NCBI GenBank assembly: GCA_043781315.1
Contig: JAYWBR010000163.1
Coordinates: 1 to 43,818 of the forward strand
Length of the DNA: 43,818 nt
Direction of reading: 5' to 3'
From: Verrucomicrobiota bacterium
GTDB lineage: Bacteria > Verrucomicrobiota > Verrucomicrobiia > Limisphaerales > CAIQOK01
In this document: one piece after another, positions 34,707 through 42,763 of the stretch
Numbering within the stretch: the first letter of the stretch is position 1
Layout of the letters: each line of letters starts with the position of its first letter
Notes under the pieces: generated by a model
What the model was told of the DNA's origin: nothing
The model's input: the letters and a program-made list of their open reading frames with translations, nothing else
Databases searched by the model: none
Position numbers and translations under genes: made by a program

Positions 34707-35849
34707 ATGAAAGTGGCTGTTACCATTCTGGTTTTTTGTGTCGCCGCCCTCCTCGCGCTGGGCATGGTGATGCTTTACAGCTCGAGCGTCGAATCGCTGG
34801 ATCGGCACCAGGTCGCGATCGGCGCGCATTACCTGGTGATGCAACTGATCTGGTGCGGTCTCGGACTTGGATTGTGTGTCATCGCCGCGTTGATCAACGG
34901 CCGGGTGTTGAAAAAATCCGCGTGGCTGCTGCTGGGTTTCATGTTGATTTTGCTGGTGCTCGTCGTCGTGCCGCACATCGGCAAACGCATCAACGGTGCG
35001 AGCCGCTGGTTCAGTTTTCACGGCATCAGCCTGCAACCCTCGGAGTTTGCCAAGATCGCCCTGATTCTGGCGCTGGCCTCGTACGGCGACCGTTTTCAGC
35101 GCCAGATGCACACTTTGAAAAAGGGGGTTTTGTTTCCGGGCATCTTCATCGGCCTGACGCTCGGCCTGATTTTTATTGAACCCGACGTTGGCAATGCGCT
35201 GCTTCTGGCTTCGGTGAGTTGCGGGCTGCTGCTGATTGCCGGCCTCAAGTTGAAATATTTTTTGCCGCCCGTCATTGCCGGTCTGATTGCGATCAGCACC
35301 TTCATCTATCACAACCCGATGCGCTCGGAACGCGTCTATTCCTGGTTGCACCTTGAAGAAACCAAACACGACAAGGGCTTGCAGGCCTATCAGGCGCAGC
35401 TCGCTCTCGGTGCTGGCAATTGGACGGGGCTTGGCCTCGGCAACGGCCGCCAGAAACTCGGCTGGGTGCCGGAGCATCACACCGATTTTATCCTTGCGAT
35501 CATTGGTGAAGAACTCGGCCTGATCGCCACCTTGCTGATCTGCGCGGCGTTCGTCGCGATTGTCGGCTGCGGCGTTTTCATTGCGGCCCACGCGCGCGAC
35601 ACCTTCAGCACCCTGCTTGCGTCCGGACTCACGTTTCTGATCGGACTCCAGGCCATGATCAACATCGGCGTCGTCACCAACGCGCTGCCGAACAAAGGCC
35701 TGCCGCTTCCGTTTATCAGCTACGGCGGCTCGAATCTGCTCGCGATGCTCATCTGTGTTGGCCTGCTCTTGAACGTCGCACGGCACGCGCGCGTGGCGGA
35801 AACCAGCCTGCCCACCGATCTCGAAACCGCCGAACCTCAAAACGCATGA
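34707..35849 (+). CDS. ftsW: SEDS-family cell division protein FtsW (380 aa)
   Basis: Start at MKVAVTILVFCVAALLALGMVMLYSSS. Also QPSEFAKIALILALA, EPDVGNA, EHHTDFILAIIGEELG, and LPLPFISYGGSNL. Position between mraY and murG. Confidence 0.88.
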   Translation: MKVAVTILVFCVAALLALGMVMLYSSSVESLDRHQVAIGAHYLVMQLIWCGLGLGLCVIAALINGRVLKKSAWLLLGFMLILLVLVVVPHIGKRINGASRWFSFHGISLQPSEFAKIALILALASYGDRFQRQMHTLKKGVLFPGIFIGLTLGLIFIEPDVGNALLLASVSCGLLLIAGLKLKYFLPPVIAGLIAISTFIYHNPMRSERVYSWLHLEETKHDKGLQAYQAQLALGAGNWTGLGLGNGRQKLGWVPEHHTDFILAIIGEELGLIATLLICAAFVAIVGCGVFIAAHARDTFSTLLASGLTFLIGLQAMINIGVVTNALPNKGLPLPFISYGGSNLLAMLICVGLLLNVARHARVAETSLPTDLETAEPQNA

Positions 35850-37039
35850 CGCCTTCCACCGCACCGAAGATCGCCATCGCCTGCGGCGGCACGGGCGGCC
35901 ACTTCTTCCCCGGCGTCGCGGTCGCGGAGCAACTTTGCCAACGCGGCTGCGCAGTCACCTTGCTCATTTCCCCCAAGGACGTGGACCAGCAGGCCGCGCA
36001 AAAAATCTCCGGCATGGAAATCGTCACGCTGCCCGCCGTGGGCTTGAGCGGCGGAAATAAAATCGCCTTCCTGCGCGGCTTTATTCAATCCTATCGCGCC
36101 GCCCGGAAACATTTCCGCAACCACCCGCCGCAAGCCGTGCTGGCCATGGGCGGCTTCACCAGCGCGCCGCCGGTGCTCGCGGCAAAACATCGGGGCGCAA
36201 AAACGTTTCTCCACGAGTCGAACACCATTCCGGGCCGCGCCAATCGCTGGCTTTCGCGCGTTGTGACCGAGGCATTCGTCGGGTTTCCCCAGGCCGCTGC
36301 GCGATTGCACGCCCGGCAGATCACCACCACCGGCACGCCCGTTCGCCCGGAATTTCAAGCGCGCGAAACCGCCGCCTGCCGCACCGCGCTCGGTCTTGAT
36401 CCTGCGCGTCCCGTAATCCTTGTCGTCGGTGGCAGCCAGGGTGCGACCGGCATCAACAACCTGCTCATCCACTCGCTGCCGCTGTTGAAAACCAACTGGC
36501 AGTTTCTCCATTTCACCGGCGCGGCGGATGTCGAACGAGTCCGCCGGGCTTATGCGGAAAAAAATCTACGCGCCGTCGTGCATCCTTTTTTTTCGGACAT
36601 GGCCGTTGCGCTCGGGGCGGCGACCGTGGCCGTCAGCCGCGCCGGGGCTTCTTCACTGGCGGAACTGGCGGCGATGCGCGTGCCGTCCGTGTTGGTGCCG
36701 TTTCCGGCGGCGATGGACAACCACCAGTTTTTCAACGCGCGCGCCTTCGAGGAAACCGGCGCGGCGCGGCTGCTCGAACAAAAGGACGCGACGCCGGAAC
36801 GGCTGGCCAGCCTGGTCACGGAATTAATTTTAGACGCCGCCGTCCAGAAAAAAATGCAGACCGCGCTGGCCAAGTGGCACGCGCCGGATGCCGCCGGGCA
36901 AATCGCCGAGAAGATTTTGGGAGCCACGCTGTCCGTGGAGCGCCGGTCTCCGACCCGGCACGAATCAGCGAGCGGCCCGAAACAGGCCGGGTCGGAGACC
37001 GGCGCTCCGTTTGCGGGCGAGCGGCCCGCCGCCGCATGA
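35846..37039 (+). CDS. murG: UDP-N-acetylglucosamine--lipid I GlcNAc transferase MurG (397 aa) with a palindrome-encoded C-terminal tail
   Basis: IAIACGGTGGHFFPGVAVAE, GGSQGA, and SRAGASSLAELAAMRVPSVLVPFP. The ATG overlaps the ftsW stop. The last ~35 aa (SVERRSPTRHESASGPKQAGSETGAPFAGERPAAA) are encoded by the inverted repeat at 36937-37008. Confidence 0.88.
   Translation: MTPSTAPKIAIACGGTGGHFFPGVAVAEQLCQRGCAVTLLISPKDVDQQAAQKISGMEIVTLPAVGLSGGNKIAFLRGFIQSYRAARKHFRNHPPQAVLAMGGFTSAPPVLAAKHRGAKTFLHESNTIPGRANRWLSRVVTEAFVGFPQAAARLHARQITTTGTPVRPEFQARETAACRTALGLDPARPVILVVGGSQGATGINNLLIHSLPLLKTNWQFLHFTGAADVERVRRAYAEKNLRAVVHPFFSDMAVALGAATVAVSRAGASSLAELAAMRVPSVLVPFPAAMDNHQFFNARAFEETGAARLLEQKDATPERLASLVTELILDAAVQKKMQTALAKWHAPDAAGQIAEKILGATLSVERRSPTRHESASGPKQAGSETGAPFAGERPAAA
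36937..37008. repeat. perfect 22-bp inverted repeat within the murG 3' end
   Basis: GGAGCGCCGGTCTCCGACCCGG (36937-36958) / CCGGGTCGGAGACCGGCGCTCC (36987-37008). Confidence 0.9.
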
Positions 37040-38061
37040 TTGCGTCACCCACCATTTTGGAAGAGCCGATGAGCGCAGAGAAAAACCATGCGGAACAACT
37101 CGCGAGCCTCGTTTCGGGCGCGACGGTGATCCGTCGCGACGAACCGCTGGCGAAGCGCACGACGCTGCGGGTCGGCGGCCCGGCGGATCTTTACGTGGAG
37201 CCGGCCTCGGAAACGGATCTGGCGGCGGTTTTGAAATTTTGTGACGCGCGCGGCTTGAAGTTTTTTGTGCTGGGACGTGGGTCGAACTTGCTGGTGCGCG
37301 ACGGCGGTTTTCGCGGCGTAGTGATCTGCCTGGCGCATCCGGCATTCAGCCGGATTGAAATTAGTGGCACGGGCGTCCCGCCCGTGCGTTTCGATTCAGA
37401 TGACGCAATGTCAGATGGAACTCACGGGCGGGACGCCCGTGCCACTAGGATCATTTGCGGCGCGGGTGCAAAGTTGAAGAACGTGGCGGTCGAAGCGAAG
37501 CGCAACGGTTTGGCGGGGCTGGAATTTCTGGAGGGCATTCCCGGCAGCGTCGGCGGCGCGTTGCGGATGAACGCGGGCGCAATGAGCGGCGCGACATTCG
37601 ATGTCGTCGAGTTGGTTCGGCTCATGAATTTTGCCGGCGACGTTTTCGAGCTGACGCCGGAAAAAATGGCGATCGAATATCGTTGCTGCGCGACTTTGAA
37701 AAATTACGTCGCCCTCGGCGCGGTGCTGAAAGGCCGGGCGGATGAGCGCGCAGCCATCGAGCAGCGCATGACTGATTACAGCCAGAAACGCTGGGCGTCG
37801 CAGCCCGCCAAGCCGAGCGCGGGCTGTGCGTTCAAAAATCCGGCGGGACATTCGGCGGGCCGGTTGATTGATGAGCTGGGCTTGAAAGGCACGCGCGTCG
37901 GCGGGGCGTTTGTCTCGGCGGAGCACGGGAATTTTATTGTGAACGACGGCACGGCGACGGCGCGGGATGTCCTCGCGCTGATGGAGAGTTTGAAACAGCG
38001 CGTGCGGGCGGAGCGCGGCATCGAGCTGCACGCGGAAGTGGAAATCATTGGTGAAGATTGA
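37036..38061 (+). CDS. murB: UDP-N-acetylenolpyruvoylglucosamine reductase MurB (341 aa) with an in-frame palindromic insert
   Basis: ATG at 37036 overlaps the murG stop (ATGA); ATG at 37069 is an alternative. RTTLRVGGPADLYVEP, VLGRGSNLLVRDGGFRG, GLEFLEGIPGSVGGALRMNAGA, and SAGCAFKNP. The ~27-aa segment TGVPPVRFDSDDAMSDGTHGRDARATR is encoded by the inverted repeat at 37362-37447. Confidence 0.88.
   Translation: MIASPTILEEPMSAEKNHAEQLASLVSGATVIRRDEPLAKRTTLRVGGPADLYVEPASETDLAAVLKFCDARGLKFFVLGRGSNLLVRDGGFRGVVICLAHPAFSRIEISGTGVPPVRFDSDDAMSDGTHGRDARATRIICGAGAKLKNVAVEAKRNGLAGLEFLEGIPGSVGGALRMNAGAMSGATFDVVELVRLMNFAGDVFELTPEKMAIEYRCCATLKNYVALGAVLKGRADERAAIEQRMTDYSQKRWASQPAKPSAGCAFKNPAGHSAGRLIDELGLKGTRVGGAFVSAEHGNFIVNDGTATARDVLALMESLKQRVRAERGIELHAEVEIIGED
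37362..37447. repeat. perfect 25-bp inverted repeat inside the murB CDS
   Basis: TAGTGGCACGGGCGTCCCGCCCGTG (37362-37386) / CACGGGCGGGACGCCCGTGCCACTA (37423-37447). Each arm is itself a small hairpin (CACGGGCG-N3-CGCCCGTG). Confidence 0.9.
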
Positions 38062-38078
38062 ATATTTTGTGAAGCAAA

Positions 38079-38168
38079 CATTCAACATTCAACATTCAAC
38101 ATCGAACTCGCAAGCGGGCGACCACGTCCGTCCTTGGGCGTTGAGAGTTGGAAGTTCAATGTTGAATG
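38079..38168. repeat. heptamer-word hairpin between murB and ddl
   Basis: Left arm (CATTCAA)3(CATCGAA) at 38079-38106. Right arm (TTGAGAG)(TTGGAAG)(TTCAATG)(TTGAATG) at 38141-38168. The arms are imperfectly complementary and both have period 7. Confidence 0.75.
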
Positions 38169-38187
38169 TTTTGGTTTTCCCAACCCC

Positions 38188-39111
38188 ATGATCAAACCAC
38201 TCAACATCGTGGTGATGCTGGGCGGCCCCAGCGCCGAGCGCGAAGTGTCGCTGAACAGCGGCGCGGGCGTGGCGACGGGGCTGCGTTCGCTGGGGCATGT
38301 CGTGACCGAGGTGGATCCGCAGGACGGCACGTTCACGCTGCCGCCGAAGACCGACGTGGTTTTTCTGGCGTTGCACGGCACTTACGGCGAAGACGGCACG
38401 GTTCAGCAGCAGCTCGAAAAGTTGGGCGTGCCCTACACCGGTTGCGATGCCGAGGCGAGCCGGATTGCGTTCGACAAAGTTTTGACCAAGCAGCGGTGCA
38501 TCGAAACTGGCGTGCCCACCGCGAAGTTTTTAGTCGTGGATTCCGAGAGGACGCCTTGGCCGATGGGCTGGCAGCCGCCGCTGGTGGTCAAGCCGGTGCG
38601 ACAAGGTTCGAGCGTGGGATTGCAATTCGTCGAGCGCGTGGCCGAGTGGAGCGATGCGCTGCGCGAGGCGTCGCGGCACGGTTCGGAATTGCTCGTGGAA
38701 GAAAAAATTGTCGGACGCGAAACCACGGTCGGGATTTTGGACGGCGTCGCTTTACCGGTGGTCGAGGTGCGGCCCAAGTCCGGCAGCTACGATTACCGCA
38801 ATAAATACACGGCCGGAAACACGGAGTATTTTTGTCCGGCGGAATTTGATGAGGCGACGACGGCACGGATTCAAGCGGCGGCGCTCGGAGCCTTTCGCGC
38901 GGTGGGCGGACGCGATTATTCGCGAGTGGACGTGATGGTGCGGGCCAACGGCGAGCCGGTGGTGCTGGAAGTCAACACGCTGCCGGGCATGACGCCAACG
39001 AGCCTGCTGCCGAAAGCGGCGGCGGCGGCCGGGATCGGCTACGAGCAGCTTTGCCAGCGGATGATCGAACTGGCGCTGGGGCGAAATGCAAAATCAAAAA
39101 TTAAAAATTAA
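38188..39111 (+). CDS. ddl: D-alanine--D-alanine ligase (307 aa)
   Basis: Start at MIKPLNIVVMLGGPSAEREVSLNSG. Also ALHGTYGEDGTVQ, VVKPVRQGSSVG, and EVNTLPGMT. Confidence 0.9.
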   Translation: MIKPLNIVVMLGGPSAEREVSLNSGAGVATGLRSLGHVVTEVDPQDGTFTLPPKTDVVFLALHGTYGEDGTVQQQLEKLGVPYTGCDAEASRIAFDKVLTKQRCIETGVPTAKFLVVDSERTPWPMGWQPPLVVKPVRQGSSVGLQFVERVAEWSDALREASRHGSELLVEEKIVGRETTVGILDGVALPVVEVRPKSGSYDYRNKYTAGNTEYFCPAEFDEATTARIQAAALGAFRAVGGRDYSRVDVMVRANGEPVVLEVNTLPGMTPTSLLPKAAAAAGIGYEQLCQRMIELALGRNAKSKIKN

Positions 39112-39184
39112 AAATGCGAAACCAGCGTCCAGTCCATGCAATGTCCTGCGGAAATTTTGAATTTTTCATTTTGAATTTTTAATT
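39100..39184. repeat. A/T-rich heptamer-word hairpin between ddl and ftsQ
   Basis: ATTAAAAATTAAAAATG (~39101-39117) pairs with CATTTTGAATTTTTAAT (~39167-39183) with 1 mismatch. Upstream run CAAAATC AAAAATT AAAAATT AAAAATG. Overlaps the ddl stop and ends ~5 nt before the ftsQ ATG. Confidence 0.7.
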
Positions 39185-39189
39185 AACCC

Positions 39190-40152
39190 ATGTGGTTCAA
39201 ACGTAAATCTAAAAACCGGCGGTTGTGGAACCGGCCCAGCGTGCTGGATGTCAAAGTGCGCTCCAAGGTGGTGCGTTCGGCGCGCGCACGGCTGGCGATG
39301 GTTTCGCTCGGCGTGGTTGGCGGCACCTTGCTTGGGCTTTTTGTGCTGTGGCGGCTGGGTGAATGGGGGTTGAATCAACTGGTGTATGACAACAAGTCCT
39401 TCGCGATCCAGATGATCGAGGTGCAGACCGACGGGGTGATTGCGCCGGAACAATTGCGGCGCTGGAGCGGCGTCCGGGCCGGACAGAATCTGCTCGCGCT
39501 GGATCTCGCGCGGGTGAAGCACGATTTGGAAATGGTGCCGATGGTGCAAGCCGTGTCGGTTGAGCGCATCCTGCCGGGAACGCTGCGGCTGCGGGTGACG
39601 GAGCGCGAACCGGTGGCGCAGGTCAACGTGCTGCATCCCCGCGACGGCGGCGGGATGGAGCAGCAGATTTTCCAACTGGACGCCGAGGGGTATGTGTTGC
39701 AGCCGCTCGATCCGCGTGATCGCGCGGTGCCGCTGGGGCAGGGGCAGGATCAATATCCGGTGATCGCCGGCCTGAACACCGCCGGTTTGCAGACGGGTCG
39801 CAAGCTGGATTTCGCCCCGGCGCTTTCGGCGTTGAAGCTAATTGAAAAATTCGAGCAGTCGCCGATGGCGGGGCTGGTGGACTTGAAACGGATTGATGTG
39901 AGCGCGCCGCAGGTGATCGTCGTCACCACGGCGCAGGGGAGCGAAGTGACGTTTGCGGCGGATGATTTCGAGCGGCAACTGAACCGCTGGCGGCGCGTGT
40001 ATGATGAATGTGTGCGGGAGCGGAAGGGCATTGCCACGCTGGATCTGGCGGTGGCGGATTACACGCCGCTGCGGTTGCTTGAAGCCGGCACGGCCGCGCC
40101 CGCCGTTCCCAAAAATCTCAAACCTGCCAAAGCAAGGAGAAGAAATGTTTAA
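39190..40152 (+). CDS. ftsQ: cell division protein FtsQ (320 aa)
   Basis: N-terminal TM segment (LAMVSLGVVGGTLLGLFVLW) followed by a POTRA-like segment (IQMIEVQTDGVIAPEQLRRWSGVRAGQNLLALDLARVKHDLEMVPMVQAVSVERILPGTLRLRVTEREP). Position between ddl and ftsA. Confidence 0.8.
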   Translation: MWFKRKSKNRRLWNRPSVLDVKVRSKVVRSARARLAMVSLGVVGGTLLGLFVLWRLGEWGLNQLVYDNKSFAIQMIEVQTDGVIAPEQLRRWSGVRAGQNLLALDLARVKHDLEMVPMVQAVSVERILPGTLRLRVTEREPVAQVNVLHPRDGGGMEQQIFQLDAEGYVLQPLDPRDRAVPLGQGQDQYPVIAGLNTAGLQTGRKLDFAPALSALKLIEKFEQSPMAGLVDLKRIDVSAPQVIVVTTAQGSEVTFAADDFERQLNRWRRVYDECVRERKGIATLDLAVADYTPLRLLEAGTAAPAVPKNLKPAKARRRNV

Positions 40153-41383
40153 TCGAAAAATGTTTGATACGTCGAATGTCATCGTCGGCCTGGAGATCGG
40201 CACGTCGAAAGTGTGCGCGGTCGTCGGTGAGGTGAATGCCGAGGGCGAACTCAACATCGTGGGTCTTGGGCAGGCGCGTTCGCGCGGCGTGCGCAAAGGC
40301 GAAATCTGCGACGCGCCGGTGGCCGAAGAGGACGTGCGCAACGCCATCGTCGAGGCCGAGCACATGGCCGACGTGGAAATCCGCAGTGTTTATCTGGGCG
40401 TGACCGGTGCGCATGTGCGCGGCTGCAACAACCGGGGCGTGCATCAGATCGTTTCTGCGGACCGGGAGATTTCCGAGGAGGACGTGCAGGATGTGGTGAA
40501 GAACGCCAAGGCCATCAACCGTTCACCGGAGAATCACGTCATCCACGCGATCCGGCAGCACTTTTTGGTGGACGGGCAGGATGGGATTCCGAATCCGGTC
40601 GGGATGCTCGGCTCGCGCGTGGAGGTGGACATGCATGTGATCCAGGGGAATTTCAACCGGCTGCAAAATTCCGTGCGCACGGTCAAGGGACTGCAGCTCG
40701 AGGTGGACGAAATTGTTTTCACCGGACTCGCGTCGTCGCTGGCGTTGCTGACGAACGAGCAGAAGGAACTGGGCGCGCTCGTCATTGACATTGGGGGCGG
40801 CACGACGGAGTACGTGGTCTATTCCAAGGGCGTCATCAAACACATCGGCGTGTTGGCCGTGGGCGGCGATCATGTTTCCAACGATCTGGCGTATGGGTTG
40901 AAAGTTCCGCTGGGCCGCGCGGAGCAGTTGAAGTGCGAACATGGTTGCGCGCTGGCCAACCGCGCCAACGCCGGGCCGGACATCACGATTCCCAACGAGT
41001 TCGGGCTGCCGCAGAAAACGGTGAGCGTGGAGAATCTGCGGCGCATCATGGCGCTGCGGCTGGAGGAAGTTTTCCAGCTCATCGCCCAGGATCTGGAGCT
41101 GGCGGGCGTGCTGGATTATTTGCGGGCGGGAGTTTTTATCTGCGGCGGCGGCGCGCGCATTCCGCAGATCGCGCAACTGGCGGAGAAGGTGTTGCAGATG
41201 CCGACGAGCATCGGCCAGACGAATTCCATCAGCGGCTTGAAGTCGGCGCAGGAACATCCGGAGTTCGCGGCCGCGATTGGTTTGGTGAAGGTGGGATCCA
41301 AGCAGCAGCGCAAACGGACCGGTCGAAAATCCCTGGCCGGCGACATCGGGAACACCATCAAACAAATGCTGGGACGCGCCTGA
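40145..41383 (+). CDS. ftsA: cell division protein FtsA (412 aa)
   Basis: Start at MFNRKMFDTSNVIVGLEIGTSKVCAVVGEV. Also IDIGGGTTEY and GVFICGGGARIPQI. 8-nt overlap with ftsQ. Confidence 0.9.
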   Translation: MFNRKMFDTSNVIVGLEIGTSKVCAVVGEVNAEGELNIVGLGQARSRGVRKGEICDAPVAEEDVRNAIVEAEHMADVEIRSVYLGVTGAHVRGCNNRGVHQIVSADREISEEDVQDVVKNAKAINRSPENHVIHAIRQHFLVDGQDGIPNPVGMLGSRVEVDMHVIQGNFNRLQNSVRTVKGLQLEVDEIVFTGLASSLALLTNEQKELGALVIDIGGGTTEYVVYSKGVIKHIGVLAVGGDHVSNDLAYGLKVPLGRAEQLKCEHGCALANRANAGPDITIPNEFGLPQKTVSVENLRRIMALRLEEVFQLIAQDLELAGVLDYLRAGVFICGGGARIPQIAQLAEKVLQMPTSIGQTNSISGLKSAQEHPEFAAAIGLVKVGSKQQRKRTGRKSLAGDIGNTIKQMLGRA

Positions 41384-41398
41384 ACGAAAACAATTTTT

Positions 41399-42694
41399 AT
41401 GGAAACCAATCTGCCACTAGAAAACGAGGCGGCGGCGGCGGCGGCGAGTCGTCCGCTCACGGTGAAAATTTTTGGCGTCGGCAGCGGCGGCATCGCCATG
41501 CTGGAATTGATTGCGCGGAGTCCGCTGGCGGGCGCGTCGTTGGCGGCGATCAGCGCCGACGCCGAATCGCTGGCGCGCTCCACGGTGGGGGAGAAAATTT
41601 CCGTCGAGACGAAATTGCTGCGCGGCCTGGGCACCGGCGGCGATCCCGAACGCGGGGCGGCCGCGGCGGAAGAATTTTTTCCGACCCTCAAGGAAGCGTG
41701 TGCCGGAGCCACGGCGGTGTTCATCGTGGCCGGACTCGGCGGCGGCGCGGGCACGGGCATCAGTCCGGTGCTGGCGCGGGCGGCGAAGGAGGCGGGGGCG
41801 TTGGTGCTCGCGTTTGTGACGCTGCCCTTCCTGTGCGAGGGCAATCGGCGGCAGCAAATTGCCCGGCGCGGCCTGGAACAATTGAAGGCGCAGGCCGATG
41901 GCGTGATCTGTCTGCCGAACCAGAAGCTGTTCCAGTTGATTGACGAGAACACGAGCGTCGTGGAGATGTTCAAGGCCACGGGCGGATTGCTGGCGGAAGG
42001 CGTGAACAGCGTCTGGCAACTGCTCGCGCGCAAAGGCCTGATTGAAATTCATTTTGCCGACCTGTGCGGGCTGTTGAAGGATCGGCATGGGGAAAGTTGT
42101 TTTGCCACGGCTTCGGCGACGGGTGCTGCGCGGGCGCGCGAGGTGGTGGCACAATTGTTTGCCCACCCTTTGCTGGACGGAGGAAAAGTCCTGACCGAAG
42201 CGGAAGCGGTGCTGGTGAGCCTGACCGGCGGCCCGGATCTGACGATGGCCGAGGTGAACCGCGTCATGGAACAAATCACCGGCCAATGTCCGCAGGCGCA
42301 GATCATCATGGGCGCGGCGATTGACGAAAGTTTTCAACAGCGGCTGGCGATCACGCTGGTGGTGACGCGCCGCGGTGCGACCGCGTCCAAAAAAGTTTCA
42401 ACCGGCGATGCAGGCGAGTCCGACTCGTTGCCGGAAAAGGAAACCGGGGCGCGTCCTCAGTCGCGCCTGGTGCCGCCGCCGCCGGAAATTTCCCAGGAAA
42501 TGGCGCGCGAAATTTTTGCCAGCAAGACGCCGGGCGCCTCCCGGTCGCGGAAATCCCACGCGAAGATGAGCCAGGGGACGCTGCCGCTGGAGATTATTTC
42601 CAAGGGCCGGTTCGACAAGAGCGAGCCGACGATCCACAAGGGCGAAGACCTGGATGTGCCGACGTACATCCGGCGCGGGGTGGCGTTGAACTAG
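41399..42694 (+). CDS. ftsZ: cell division GTPase FtsZ, divergent (431 aa)
   Basis: VKIFGVGSGGIAML, LGTGGDPERG, FIVAGLGGGAGTGISPVLA, VTLPFLCEGNRR, and PNQKLF. C-terminal peptide DLDVPTYIRRG. Terminal gene of the dcw cluster. Confidence 0.85.
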   Translation: METNLPLENEAAAAAASRPLTVKIFGVGSGGIAMLELIARSPLAGASLAAISADAESLARSTVGEKISVETKLLRGLGTGGDPERGAAAAEEFFPTLKEACAGATAVFIVAGLGGGAGTGISPVLARAAKEAGALVLAFVTLPFLCEGNRRQQIARRGLEQLKAQADGVICLPNQKLFQLIDENTSVVEMFKATGGLLAEGVNSVWQLLARKGLIEIHFADLCGLLKDRHGESCFATASATGAARAREVVAQLFAHPLLDGGKVLTEAEAVLVSLTGGPDLTMAEVNRVMEQITGQCPQAQIIMGAAIDESFQQRLAITLVVTRRGATASKKVSTGDAGESDSLPEKETGARPQSRLVPPPPEISQEMAREIFASKTPGASRSRKSHAKMSQGTLPLEIISKGRFDKSEPTIHKGEDLDVPTYIRRGVALN

Positions 42695-42763
42695 CCCCGG
42701 CCGCTGAACCGTCGCCTAGTTTTTGCGGCTTGCCAGTTTGGTGCGCGTGCCTAAAGTGGCGGC

